DNA of 28,397 bases from Geosiphon pyriformis uo1 (Eukaryota; Fungi; Glomeromycota), in contig JAAOMT010000651.1 in assembly GCA_016748015.1 (NCBI GenBank), positions 1 through 28,397 on the forward strand. Direction: 5' to 3'. The notes under the pieces were generated by a model, which saw nothing but the letters and a program-made list of their open reading frames with translations, was not told the DNA's origin and did not search any database. Made by a program: the position numbers and the translations under genes. This document shows positions 12,170 through 25,024 of the stretch, piece after piece (the stretch's first letter is position 1; every line of letters begins with the position of its first letter).

Positions 12170-14012
12170 TAGAAAAAAAAGGCACCTGAAAACTTAATCC
12201 AGCACACAACTAATCTAATTTCATCAAAATTGAACCAATAAAAGTCTTAAAAGCCACCAATTTAGACTCTAAACAGCCCATTTTAATAGTTAACATTTTC
12301 AAACTACTCAGACCCAGAACTGAAACATCAAAGACAATGAAGAAAGAAAACAAAGACACCAGCATAGGACTGTCCAAAATCATAGTCAAACCCAAATCCA
12401 AATCGGCAGTCATTAAAATAGTCAAGACATGAAAAAAAGAAATAGAACCCAGAGGCACCAATTCCAAATTGTTAAGCTTGTACACAATACTAGAAACCTG
12501 ATTTGTTAAAAGTTTCAAGGAGTGTTCTAAGGAGGCCAAACAAGTATTTAAGAGTGAGTTATTAGCAGAGATAAAAAAAAAGTACTATCCAAACTTGAAA
12601 TACCAGAAAGAAAAGAACCAAGACCAAAATTGAAGCAAGTACTATTAAAAAAACCAGCAAGTAAGACTACTTGGACCCAAGATTTGTCACCAAAGACAGC
12701 AGAATAAGAGATTGGAACACACTTCTTTTCATACAATTTGGTAAGCTGAAACAATTTTCCTCAGAAACAACTTTTTTATAGAACTTTTTTGATGATGACA
12801 GTACAGATACACCTAATACATCACATTCAAGAGCTGAATGTCCAAAATGCCTACACTTCTTACAATAAACCAAATTCATCTTAGCCCAAAAAAGCCTTAT
12901 TTCACCGAAAATCAGCTCTGTGCAAAAAACAGATTCTAAATTTTTTTTAAAGTTAAAGCCAATTACAGCACAGTGAATTTTATTACCAGCTTCTATAGAT
13001 TTATTTATAATGCAAGTTTTTTTACCAGTCTTTTCCAAAAAAGTTCCAAGATCATATGCTGTTATTTTTACTGGCAAAATAAACAGAAGTGCTCTAAACT
13101 GATTTTTAAATGCCCAAATTTCACAATTTTCTACAGTCTTGGCTATGTGCACAGAATTTTTTCTGATTAAGAATGATTATCTTAAGACCAACTAATTAGC
13201 TTGATTTGATTTGGCAAACTTTATCACAGTCTTCTGCTATATTTTAATCAATTGAATTTTGATTGACTTAATCTTTTCAAATTCAGATACTACAACAATA
13301 ATCAAATCTTTAGACATGTTTATGGAAATTTCTTTGATCACCACAGCCCAATTTGATCTTATTTTTTGTCTCTTAAGATTACTATTTATGTCAATTTCTT
13401 TCTTTTTGGCAAATAAAGCAGCCATTTCTATGCTTTTCTCTAAAATAAAGATAGATTAGATAATCTTTTCAAATTTTGAGAGAGTAGCAGTCTTTCCAAA
13501 ACTATTGATTAATGAAAACAATTTTCTGATAACTTGGGTTTTAGCTGTGGCAGATTTGCTCTCTACTATTAAAAGATTAATATTCAAAGTAAATAACTTC
13601 TTAACTAATACTTCTACTGAAGTCTTGATTATCTTTGAGTTAATTTATTTCTTGTTCAGAGAGATGGACAAGCGAAGAGAAAAAACAACTTTATAATTAT
13701 TTATATTAAAATTGGAAAAACTGAGCAGGAAATCAAAGACAGCATTAGTGTTAATATGTTTTACCTTGAGAGTGATAGCACCCAAGTCCAAAAAAACTCA
13801 CTATATATACCAAACATGCAAGCATTCTTATTATTATCAGACAGACTATTTATATTAGAATATATACTATTACCAGATTCAGATTTACTTAAGGAGATAG
13901 ACTTCTTATCATTAGAGTGTTTAATATTTTTAAAAATGACCTTCTTTTTCTGAAAAAAGGAACCACCAGCAGAATTATGAAAAACACTTTTGGATGTCTT
14001 TTTTTTAGACAT
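12166..14012 (-). pseudogene. LINE-B ORF1 (gag-like, CCHC zinc knuckle)
   Basis: MSKKKTSK start at 14012; AVVIKEISINM...IKIQLI segment; CKKCRHFGHSALEC knuckle; homologous to LINE-A ORF1; stops and frameshifts. Confidence 0.85.
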
Positions 14013-14829
14013 GATACTACTTGTAATAGCTTTCAAATTCACGAAAAATGGGTTATTAGGTAAAAAAATATTGATATAAATTAACAAAAAAAAACAAAAA
14101 ACTTCTTTTCAGAAAATGTGCTTTTTGAAAATTTATTGGAGGTAAAAAAGAAAGAAGATTTTATTAAAAAATTTTATGTATTATTTATAAGTAAATTTGG
14201 TTAATATATACAATTAACCAAATAATTTTTACAAATATATTTATTATGTTTGGAATTATTTTACAATTTTTTTGGATAATAATTCTTTTTTTTTAAGAAG
14301 CAAAAAAAGTAGCAAGCTTTTTTTTCAACTTTTTATTACATTTAAATCTCCAATTATCTTTTAAATTAATAATAAAAAAAAGTTTATAGTTAATATAATT
14401 AGAAAATTAACAGAATATAATTAATTAATTATATTATAAATAAATTTTCAAGACATTTTTAATTTTAAAAATTAATTAAATAAACAAATAATATAATTCA
14501 ACAAAAATTTTTAAAATAAATAGAGAATAAAAAAACTAATAATTAGTTGTATAGTTTATATTAAGTAATATGTAAAAAATATTATTTTTATATTAATTGA
14601 ATTATTTAAACAATTATTAATTTATTTTTATGTTTAGATATAATAAACACAAAAGTTTTTGTAGTTATTGGTTTTTTATTTTATTAAAAAATATTTAAAC
14701 AAAAAATTTTACATAAATTAATTTCTTTTTGAATTTTTTTTTAAACAATTAATTATACAAGAAAAATTTTTTTTTAATGACTTGAATATAGAACCAACTA
14801 ATAAAAAACCAATTTAACAGAAAATCAAA

Positions 14830-15390
14830 AATAATAATAATTAGCAATAAAACAAATTACAACAACAAAATAACCAGTAATAAAAGCAAAATAACTAGTA
14901 ATAAAATAACCAACAACAAAAACAGCAAGATAATAAATAACAAAATAATTAGTAATAACAAAATAATAGATAATAAGATAATTAACAATAATAACAAAAT
15001 AATAGATAATAAGATAATTAATAATAATAGTAAGATAATAAATAATAGGATAATTAACAATAGTAATAAAATAATATACAACAAAATAATTAGTAGTAGC
15101 AATAAAATAATAAGTAACAAGATAATTAACAATAATAATAACAAGATAATTAGCAGCAGTAATAAGATAATATGTAACAAAATAATAGACAATAAAATAA
15201 TAAACAGTAACAACAAAATAATAAACATCAAAATAATCAACAGTAATAATAAAATAATATGTAACAAAATAATTAACAGCAGCAAAATAATAGATAACAA
15301 AATAACTAGCAATAACAATAAAATAATTAGTAACAAGATAATCAGTAACAGCAACAAAATAATTTATACAAGATAATCAGTAGTAGTAAA
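14830..15390. repeat. Degenerate tandem repeat, alternating ~15- and ~21-bp units (36-bp higher-order), left half
   Basis: Recurrent AACAA(A/G)ATAAT core; minus-strand translation shows alternating 5- and 7-residue units (LLxII / LLLLLII). Confidence 0.9.
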
Positions 15391-16377
15391 TAGAGTTTTA
15401 ATCAAATTGAATTAAATTAAATCAATTTTTTAAAATAAATTCAGTTTAAATTTGGCATTTAACTTTTTTGACAAGTCTGAATTTGGTTCAAGTCTGGTTT
15501 GAAATTTACAAACTTGTTCAAGTTTAATAAAATTAAAAAAAAATATAACTTGTACTACTTGTTTATCAATTATTATTTTGTTTAATTACTATAATTAGTT
15601 AAAGAAATATATAAAACTATGTATAACAAATTTATTTTCTAACTTACCAAAATAAATTTATTGTTAGTATTATCCAATATTATTAAATATTTAAAATTTA
15701 AAATAACAGAATTTAATAACCCAAATAGTCCAAATATTAATATATTTAGTAAGTATAGTTTTCAAAGTAAAATGGGACTATTTTGATAAGTTTGAAGAAA
15801 TAAAAAAAACAGCTAAATCTACAATCTCAAAATGTGCATATAAATCATTTTTTTGTGAAACTACAGATACTACCAAACTTTTATAGCATTATTTAGAGGT
15901 TTTCTACTAAACAGTATATATTACAATGAAAGAATATTATAAGAAAAAGCAAAATGGTTAAAAACATTATAAGTTAATTCAAAAAATATTTTAATAGATA
16001 AAATTGCTATTTTTTTTTTATGATTTTTATTTACTCTTTTTTTATACAAGTTTATCATTAATTTTATTAGTTATAATCTAATTTTTTTTAACAGTTTTTT
16101 ACTATTACTCTTGATAATATTGCAAATAATAGTACTTTTATAAGAGAATTAGCAAAAAAATTAGAAAAAAAAAACATTTAATAAAACTTAAAAAACTTTT
16201 GATTTTAATATTTTGATTATATTCTAAATTTGGCAGTACAAATGATTTTAGATAAAATAAAAAATGATATTTCTAAGGTATTTATTAAAAATCCAAACTG
16301 AATATATTTACATAAAATTTTATTAATATAAACTTTGTATAAATTAAAGATTAAAGAACTTAATTCTATAATTTGTA

Positions 16378-17731
16378 CAGGGGGGTATAAAAAGTATTAG
16401 ACACTTAATATAATATATAAAAAAGGCTATATATAGTAATACCATTACCAATTTAAGCCATAATTTTTTTTATAATTACTTATAGTTATAATCTACAAAT
16501 CAACATAAATTGCGTCCTTGTAAAACACAACAGTGGATCATACATGTATTTATAAAATATCAACATTCTTGTTGTGAAAAAATTTACTGCATCAAATGTG
16601 TCTTAGAAAAAAACTTTCTGAATACCAAAAAGGAGGGATTATTTCAGCAAAAAAGTTAAAACATACAAATAGTAAAATTTCAATGACTATTAGATGTTCA
16701 TGTTCTTCTGTAATATGTGTATGGAAGTTATACAAACTAAAAAAACTTCCTAAAAAATGAATGGGCTGACCACAAATTCTTGACAAACGTGCACATGAAC
16801 AACTCAAATATTCAATAATGGAGAATAAAGAAACCTACTGTCAAACTCTTTCTCAAATATGATTGAATTTTATTAAAGATACCAACAAATCTATTTCTAT
16901 ACAAACTATTCAAAATAGATTAGCTTAAGAAGGACTTTGCTCATGCATTCCTCATCTCAAGCCATTAATTTCCAAATTAAATAAAGAAAAACATTTACAA
17001 TGGGCTTGTACTTATGAAAATTGAACAGTAGAAGATTTTAAACAAGTTGTTTGGTCAGATGAATCTACATATACACAATTTAGGACTACAGGATTTGGAC
17101 ATGTATGGTGTAAACCTTCCGAAGAGTTTCATAAGGATTGTATTATAGTCACAGTTAGAAAAAGCTTTGGTCGCATGTTTTGGAGATGTTTTTCATGGGT
17201 TGGTTTGGGTTCTTTAGTTCCTTTGGTTGGTCATATTACTGGAGTTATACATTACAAAACTTTGGCTAATTATGCAATTCCTACGGTAAAACTTCATGCA
17301 AAAAAAACTAAAAAAAAGTTTTTTTTTTAGGAAGACAATGCACCAATTCACACATCAAAAGTTGCGCATTCTTTTCTTACCTCTTCAAATGTTGAATTAC
17401 TTCCTTGGCCAGCACAAAGTCCTGATATTACTCCAATAGAAAATCTTTGGTCATATATTGAAGTTAAAATTTGTCAATGTAATTCACAACTCTTAAATAT
17501 TGTACAATTGAAACAGTAGATTAAGGAAAAATGGGATGCGATACCTGTAAATTACTATCATAATTTGATCAAGTCTATGCCACATCGAGTTCAAGCTATT
17601 CTTGAAGCAAATGGGGGTCAAACAAAATGCTAACATGTATTTTAATATAATAATAAAAAATTAACGATTCATAAGTTAGTTCTTTTATATAACATATTAT
17701 AAAAATGTCCAATACTTTTTATACCCCTCTG
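16378..17731 (+). mobile_element. Tc1-family (DD34E) DNA transposon, full length 1354 bp
   Basis: 26-bp TIRs CAG(G/A)GGGGTATAAAAAGTATT(A/G)GACA, 24/26 identical; TA duplication at 16376-16377 and 17732-17733. Confidence 0.96.
16596..17633 (+). pseudogene. Tc1 transposase (345 codons, 7 internal stops, no frameshift)
   Basis: HTH region, G*P (GRP), VVWSDES, EDNAPIH-(34)-WPAQSPDITPIENLW, SMPHRVQAILEANGGQTK; absent from the ORF track because of the stops. Confidence 0.95.
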
Positions 17732-18854
17732 TATGTTGTTTTAATGTTTTAAGTTTTTTGAACATGTCTGTAATATATGTCAAATTAAATACTGTAAACT
17801 CATTTTGAATTGTTTTATCTGATAAAATTTTACTTATGACATAGTCAAAAATAAATTATCTCTTAAATTGACAAGTTATTTATTTTTGATTTTGTATATT
17901 TTAAATAAAAAAATTCTAACTGTAAATTTATAAGCATTAAACATTCTTACTAGCACTTATATTGACTTCTATTAATATGTTATTTTACATAATTAGTGGG
18001 CTGTTTTTAATAAAATTGCTAGATTTTTTGAACTATTTAAAAATATTACAATTAAAATGTTAACCAGTTCAAATAATACTGCCTTCTCAATTATTATTTT
18101 TTTAATATCATTTTTAATCATGTCAAAAACACAGTTAATAATAATAAATCTGGTAAAGCATTATAATCTCAATTGTATTTATTTAGTTATTTATTTAATA
18201 TATTTAATATTAGATCTATTATTTATTATAACAGCTAAAACAATAAGAGAAAAGTTGATTGAATATTACTTTAAAACAAATACAATTATAATGCTCTGTA
18301 CTACATTGAATTTAAGAAAAAAATTTAATTATTTTACAAAAAAAAATTTTGGATAATAATATTAATAAAATAAAAAAATTATAAGTTATTAATTTATTTA
18401 AATAGTTTTATTTTTTAATTTTTACATGATAAATAAGTCTTAAGAATATATATTTTTTTTGAAATAAAGTATACACTAAATATTATACCAACATTAAATA
18501 ACAGTTTTTTGTTAAATAGCAATTTTAATAATACTATAGCATCAATTATACAATTTATATTAGAGACAAACTTTAACAATAATAATAAAAAAACTTAACA
18601 AAATTAATTATTATATCTCTGAAAAAATGACCAATAGAAAAATAAATGTAATAATATGGTAAAAGGTATATGATGCAAATTATTTATAATCATCAAAAAT
18701 ATAGATCAGCTTAAAATTTTAAATGATAATTTTTATGTGTTTTTATTTATATAATTAAATTTTATTGGTTAATATACATGTGTTTTTAATATATTATTTA
18801 TAATAAAAAATAAAATTTTATTAAATTTTATATAATATAAAACCAAATACAGTA

Positions 18855-20990
18855 TTACAAATTTTGAATATTATTTAATTTGTTTAATTCTTCAAAAATA
18901 TTATCTGGAATTTTTCTATAAAATTTATACTTTTTTATAGCATATTCTACTAATTTTTCACTAAGACTTTTTTTATTCAAATTCATATAACACCAATATT
19001 TTTTTGAAAATTGTTTAATAATTATTAAAAATACCAATTTAAGACTTTTAGATACTGTTCTTTGTAATCTTTTCCATAAATAATTGTATTTATTATGTGC
19101 ATATTTTTTAACAGCTCTCCAATATTTTTCAATAAAATTTAATTCACAATAAAATTTTGAAAAAAAATGCACTTATGTCCCATACTTTTGATTAATTCTT
19201 CAATTGTATTTTTTTGAGTAAAAAAATCAGATTCTAAAAATATTATTTAATATGCACAACAAAAAACTCTTGAAGAATCTTTGATTTTTTCTTTGTATTT
19301 TTGGCATTTTAATATTAATTCTTTTAATGGCCATTTTTTTCATTCTATTAATACTTGTTTAATTTTTTTAGGCAATTTTCAAAGTTTTTTATCTGAATAT
19401 ATTTCCAGAAAGATCATTAATTATAATTGATTATCTAATTCAAAAGAAGTATTTTGCATTAATAATTGTTTTTTATTTAAACTTAAATTCATTCTGTTTA
19501 CAATTAAAATATTTTTACTAAATACTGCATAATTAGAGCTAATATTGAAAGCAAATATGGCTGTACAATTTGGATATAATTTTTTAAAAATTGGAATTGC
19601 TTTATATTTAATTTGTTTAAAAAGATAATTTGCTATTCAATAACTATCTTGATTTATACTAGATTGCAAATAGCATTATGTCTTTTCTGATAGTTTTTTA
19701 TATCATTTTGTTGTAAATATAAATGTCTATCAATTTTAGTTAAAAATTCATTAATTATGATTGATTTTTTTTTTTCTTTTTTTCTTAGTGGCAAATTTCT
19801 ATGCTCAGCTTATATGTTATGCTTGCTATCATTTAAATAAAAAATACATTTATTATGAATTACAAGAACTCTTTTTTTTCTTCATTAAGTAAGTTAAAAT
19901 GTATTTAATCTATAAATTCATCTTCATACTTTAACATATACTTTTTATGCTCATATATTTTTTCAAAAAATTTTTTTTGAGATTGCAAAATATTATTTCT
20001 TTCATGTTTATTATAATATAAGTCTTGATAATGTTTTTAAAATAAATAACCAAAAATTTTGAGCTATTTTATTACAGTCATAAAACTAATAGTTTTTTCC
20101 TTCATTATTTCAATATTAGAAAATAATTCATGTTTAATGAATTTTTAAATGTGGTTAAAATAACATTGAAGTTTTGGTTTCTAATCTAAATATGACATCT
20201 TTCTGCAATATCTTTATTATTAATTATTCTAATTATTTTTTGGTGTTTTTTATGTTTTGATGTTGAAAGCTTATCATTAAACAACTAATACTTTACAAAA
20301 TATCGAATTTTTTGTGCTTTTTATACACTATCATTAATAAAAACTTTTTGGGCAATTTTCAAACTGGCATTATTTTTTTATGTTCATTATTATCATTTAA
20401 CAAGATAAAATATTTAAAAATAGCTCTTTTTTAATTATATTCAAAGACAGTTAACTAAGCATGTTGTTTTTCTAAATGTTTTTTTAACTCTTGCTTTTTT
20501 TTTATTTAACTAGCATATAAATCAATCTTACTTTCTAAATTGCTTAAAGATTTATTAAATTCAGACCATTGTAAGTTTGTAATTTGAGCATTATTAATAT
20601 TAAAGAAAGTAGTAATTTTTTTTAGTTCCAACTGCTGCTTTAGTGAATAAATCATTTGGTCTATATTTATTATAATAAGTTAACTTTGATATCTTTTTTA
20701 TTATGTAAGGATCTTATTTTTTTTTTTATATAATTGTTATTTTTCTATATTAAACTGAGTTTTTTTAATTTTATATTTATTCTAATTACAGCTTTTATAT
20801 CTTCTGTATTATTTTATCTACTGTTATTATTATTATCCTACTCTCTATTACTAATATTCAGTTTGTTAAATTTATTTACTTCAATATTATGATCATTTAT
20901 TGAAATGATATAATGTGTTTTTTTATATAATTTTTTTGTATTTCTAATTTAATCTTTAGCTTTTCTTTTTTATTTAAAATAAAGTGGCAT
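18855..20990 (-). pseudogene. DDE transposase relic of the PKFHCELNxIE type with a long D-E spacer
   Basis: LVIHNKCIFY (THDE-like), DSY*..AIPIF..PNCTAIFAFN (FDN), RMNL..KKQ, PKKIKQVLIE*, CCA..DF..QK, GHKCIFFSKFYCELNFIEKYW, KKYKFYRK; candidate ATG at 20990. Confidence 0.85.
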
Positions 20991-21094
20991 TTTTTATGTA
21001 ATGTAATGTTAATTTGGTGTATAATTGGTGCTTGGACAAAATTAAAGAATTTGAACCATGTAATATTGTACAACAAAATTGTATTACAATAAAA

Positions 21095-22445
21095 ATGGCA
21101 TTTTTAATTCAAGTATATATTTATTCTTTGAATCTTTTTGGTTTTAATTTAAACTTTAATTTCTGTTTTGTAGTTCTGGATAAGAAACAATTAAAAAAAG
21201 CTCCTTTAGTATTCATCAAAAAAAAATTTTATTGGGATTGGAGAGATTATCTGAGTCGAAAATTCAGGTAACATTAATAAAAATAGTTACCACAAAAATC
21301 TTTTTGACTTATAACAAATTATTTATGAATTTACTGTTCAAAAAAAAATATCCAAAATATTATAATGTAATTAAAAAGCCAAGATTCTTAAACATGATTA
21401 AGATTGGTACTATGCACTTTTTCTCATTAGTTGTTTAATACTTGACATATGTTTTTTATATTACATCAACAAAAAATTCAAAAAAAATATTATCCATTTA
21501 TGAATTTGATCAGAACTTGTAATTGATTTCAAAAATATTATGTATTTTAATGATAATTTATGCATTTTCAAAAATGCTAAATTCTTATAAATAAAAGTTT
21601 ATTAGGCTTTTACAAAAAAATCTGGATTTTATCTATTTAAAGTAATATGTTTTATATATTTTTTGCATCAAAATGAACTTGTTAAAAAATGTATAATACT
21701 AACAAAAAAGAACTATTTAAGATTATAGGCTTTAAGACAATTTCAGTTTTTTTAATTATGGTAAAGCCAAGGATCTTTAATTCCAATCTGATTCTTCTAA
21801 ATTAATATCAATTAATATAAGTTTTTTGTATATTGTGATAAGTTATTATATATTATATTCTAATAAGTTGTTAAAATATTCAACAATTAAAATTCTTTTT
21901 ACAGTCTAGAAAACCAATTCTAAAATTAGATTATAATTTAGTCGAATACACAATAGATATTTTAGTTATTATATTTTTCTTTGGTATAATTTATTATTCA
22001 AATATTAAATTTAACCAGAAATTTTTATTATAGAGAATTTTGTATATTTTTTAGATCTAAGCAATTTTTTAAACCATAATATTATAGTTATTGAAAAATT
22101 ATTTGTGAATTCAAGATAAGTATTCATATTATAATAACACAAGGTTATAAATAGAATGCAAATAACATTCCCAAATTCTATGATAATTACTTATAGTACT
22201 TTTATGATTCCTTTGATGTTTGGTGTAAACAATATTGATATCTAAATTTCTGTTCTAATAATAATAACTGAATATAGTAATGATATAAATAAAATATTCA
22301 TGATTAATAGTATCAACAGAAGATATGCAGGCTGAAAAATATTATATCTTTATAAAAAAGTGATCATTTAAAAATTAGATTAATATTAATTAAAAGTCTT
22401 TTTAAAAATGATAATACTTTGATGATTTATTACATAATAATGTAA
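21095..22445 (+). pseudogene. Putative second (accessory/cargo) gene relic of unknown function inside the ITm element
   Basis: AAAAATGGCA start context, 61-nt GTATAT...TTTGTAG intron (21113-21173), coding-like stretches with transition-type stops (e.g. FYDSFDVWCKQY); no recognisable domain. Confidence 0.4.
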
Positions 22446-23191
22446 TTTTAATAATTGCTGATTGGCTAAAATCTGATTGATTGACATCCAAAAATTAAAG
22501 ATTAATAATAAAAGTGGCTAATTTTAAACTTTAATAACTTTATAAATTATAATATAATTCAAAAAATTAAACTATAAATATAAAAGAAAAGAACTTAATT
22601 TATCATATTTACGATTTAGTTTTTTAATATTATTAAAATTAGAAGACTAGATACAATTTAAAATTATATAAATTGTTTGATGACTATAAATAATTTGCAC
22701 TATATTACAAAAAATATTTATCTAAATTAACATTTTATTAATAATTTAATATTAAAGTACATCAAATACAATTTTTTTGTTTTATATATATGGCTTGTAA
22801 TTATTTGGTAATCTAAAAATCATTTATTGCTTTTGAATTCACTTTTTCTGCAGATGAAAATATAATTACAGATATAAGATCTTGTTTAATATCTAAAATT
22901 ATAAAAACAATATAATGTTTTTGATTATAAATACAGAGACTATTAAAAAAAAAATTAAATAATAATAATGTATAATATAATATTTTTAATAGTTAAACCT
23001 AAATATGTTTATAAACTTCAAATTAAACTTGAACCAAACTTGTTACATGTATTTAGATTTAATTCAAGTTTAGTAATTTTAAGTCTGGTTTGAGTTTGAG
23101 TTTAAAATTTTGCAAATCTTTTATTTGAGTTTGGTTTAGTTTGATAGTTCTATCAAACTTAAACCAAACTAGACTAAACATCAAAATCCTA

Positions 23192-23660
23192 GCAGAAACA
23201 AGATAATAAGTAACAAAATAATTAACAACAACAATAAAATAATATATAATAAGATAACTAATAGCAAAAATAAGATAATTAGCAATAACAACAAAATAAT
23301 ATATAACAAAATAATTAACAATAATAACAAAATAATATGTAACAAGATAATTAGCAACAATAACAAAATAATAAACAACAAAATAATTAATAGCAACAAC
23401 AAAATAATATGTAACAAAATAATCAGCAATAGTAAAATAATAAATAATAAGATAACTAATAATAATAATAAGATAATTAATAACAAAATAATCAGCAGCA
23501 ACAACAAGATAATATATAACAAGATAACTAGCAGTAGTAAAATAATAAACAATAAAATAAACAACAATAACAACAAAATAATTAGTAATAATAAAATAAT
23601 AAATAATAAAATGATTAGCAACAACAAAATATTCAGTAATTGTAACAAAATAACTGAAAA
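23192..23660. repeat. Same tandem repeat, right half (split from the left half by the hAT insertion)
   Basis: Same unit and orientation as 14830-15390; the register is restored when 15391-23191 and one 8-bp TSD are removed. Confidence 0.88.
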
Positions 23661-23744
23661 TAGTAATAATAACTACTAAATTAACAGTGTTATCAATGGT
23701 TTTTGTTACTATTGAGAACATTTTTTAGCTTAGCTGATAATATA

Positions 23745-24126
23745 TATTACTATAATTATAACTATAAATTATAGTATATCATGAATATAGGTTAATCTAA
23801 AGATTTTGGTTAATCTAAAAGTTTTGGTTGAGCTCTTTATATAATAAACAGAGATTCAATAGTGATTTTCAGTAGTTTTCTGGAATTGCAATTCTGTTGA
23901 ATTTCTTTCTCAATATGATGGCTGATAATTTTCCTGGTAAGCCATTCTCAATTTTGTAAGTGTTCTACTTTTGTTTTACAGATCTTTTATCAGTCTTTTT
24001 GATATCAATAATTCTATACATGATTCTTAATCAATTAATAAACAACAAAACAAACAAAAAAAAATAAAAAAAATAAATAAAAAAAAATAAAAAAATTAAG
24101 CCAAGACAATTAAATTAGTATCCTAT
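23745..24126 (-). mobile_element. 3' part of the host LTR
   Basis: 23814-24123 is an inverted homologue of 24625-24925; outer boundary approximate. Confidence 0.6.
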
Positions 24127-25024
24127 TGTTACTCATAAAAAAAAACAGATATAAAAAATAGTAGACCAATAAAGGAATAGTAGTTAGCATGTAAACATAT
24201 TGCTCAGCAATATAAAGCAATGTCAGAAATTACAGCACATTATTTAGCAATGTGAAACAATGTTAGAAAATTAGAGCACATTGCTCAACAATATAAGCAT
24301 TGCTTAAAAAATCATAACACATCACTCAGAAATGTGAGTAATCTTGTAAAACATAAATTTATGTATATATAACAGTAGTATTAGAAGCTAGAAAATCAGT
24401 CAAGTAGACTTTTAGAGTCAAGAAAACTCAGAGTCAATAAGACTTTCAGAGTCAATTAGATTTGCAGGTCATAATTATTAAATACTCTTTCTTTAAAAAA
24501 TAGAATACTATAACTTGAAGTAAAATTACTCCTATATTAATGAAATTATCCATTATCTTTAAATCTATATTATTATTCACTATTTAATCTGCTGGCACAA
24601 TAGCTCTTAATTATGGCTATTAACAGGATACTTATTTCTTATTTTATTTTCTTTATTTTTTTATTTTCTTTTGTTATTTACTAAATTGATTAAAAGAATT
24701 AAGCACTGAGTTATTGACATTAAGAATAGCCTGGTAAAAGACCCAGAAATAAAAGTAGAATTACATATATATTAATAGATAGCTTACCAGAAAGGCATAA
24801 CTGCCAGAGTAAATCTGGCCACTAAGCTGAAAAAAAAATTGGGCAGAATTGCGATTCCAGAAAACTACTACAATCACCACTAAATTTTTGTCTATTATAC
24901 AAAAAACTCAACCAAAACTTTTAGACAAACAACACCTTCAGATATCCCCAAACATTTCAATCAATTGAGCACCAAGTTATGGGTTTGTTATTTGCTTTGA
25001 GACCCCAAATAATGATTTGTAACA
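24127..25024 (+). mobile_element. Solo LTR (898 bp), probably Ty3/gypsy-type
   Basis: Termini TGTTAC...GTAACA; flanking 4-mers CTAT/CCAT; CCAAT, internal ~40-bp and ~18-bp tandem repeats, TATA-like box at ~24364. Confidence 0.7.

Larger units (their letters stand above)
7379..14156 (-). mobile_element. LINE-B: full-length, more decayed LINE of a related family
   Basis: Same ORF1/ORF2 layout on the minus strand; 5' end CTTCTTTCTTTT as in LINE-A; degenerate poly(A) at ~7379-7393; imperfect TSD GATTTTAATAAAAGA (7364-7378) / GATTTTATTAAAAAA (14157-14171). Confidence 0.92.
18671..22702 (-). mobile_element. IS630/Tc1/mariner-like DNA transposon, 4032 bp, two-gene, inserted in a hAT intron
   Basis: 27-bp TIRs TGATGCAAATTATTTATAATCATCAAA and revcomp TAGTGCAAATTATTTATAGTCATCAAA (24/27); TA at 18669-18670 and 22703-22704; removing it restores a ~57-nt GTATAT intron between hAT W*K and VHQIQF. 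Confidence 0.88.
15760..22935 (+). pseudogene. hAT transposase relic (BED finger, DDE core, hATC dimerisation domain) with short introns; interrupted and apparently internally deleted
   Basis: WDYF..KC..TTKLL*HYL (BED, ~15770-15900); ITLDNIANN and YILNLAVQ (~16100-16240); I**NFTY (TRWNSTY-like, ~17820); KLIEYY..LNLRKK (LDPR-like, ~18250-18320); W*K at 18657-18665; ACNYLVI*KSFIAFEFTFS..IITDIRSCL (ARDYL..SSVASE..FS..R..L, ~22790-22890). Confidence 0.85.
15391..23191 (+). mobile_element. hAT-superfamily DNA transposon, decayed, hosting two nested insertions
   Basis: TIRs TAGAGTTTTAAT and revcomp TAGGATTTTGAT (consistent with ancestral TAGGGTTTTGAT); subterminal AAAC(C/T)/GGTTT-type repeats at both ends; degenerate 8-bp TSD GTAGTAAA/GCAGAAAC; transposase relic inside. 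Confidence 0.8.

Noticed and set aside
619-13953. Short ORFs antisense or out of frame to the LINE ORFs (e.g. 619-873, 1966-2346, 9679-9951, 9819-10193)
   Set aside because: Shadow ORFs of the retroelement coding sequence with no independent motifs
14172-14829. Possible gene or element in the AT-rich spacer
   Set aside because: No recognisable motif, ORF or terminal structure could be supported
14857-15357. 166-aa Leu/Ile ORF (and 23181-23648, 23059-23721) as membrane proteins
   Set aside because: Translation artefact of a T-rich strand of a decayed triplet-phased tandem repeat; the array is interrupted by a transposon
14830-15390. CRISPR-like array
   Set aside because: No constant repeat with unique spacers, no cas genes, eukaryotic context
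16592-16807. 71-aa minus-strand ORF
   Set aside because: Antisense shadow of the Tc1 transposase
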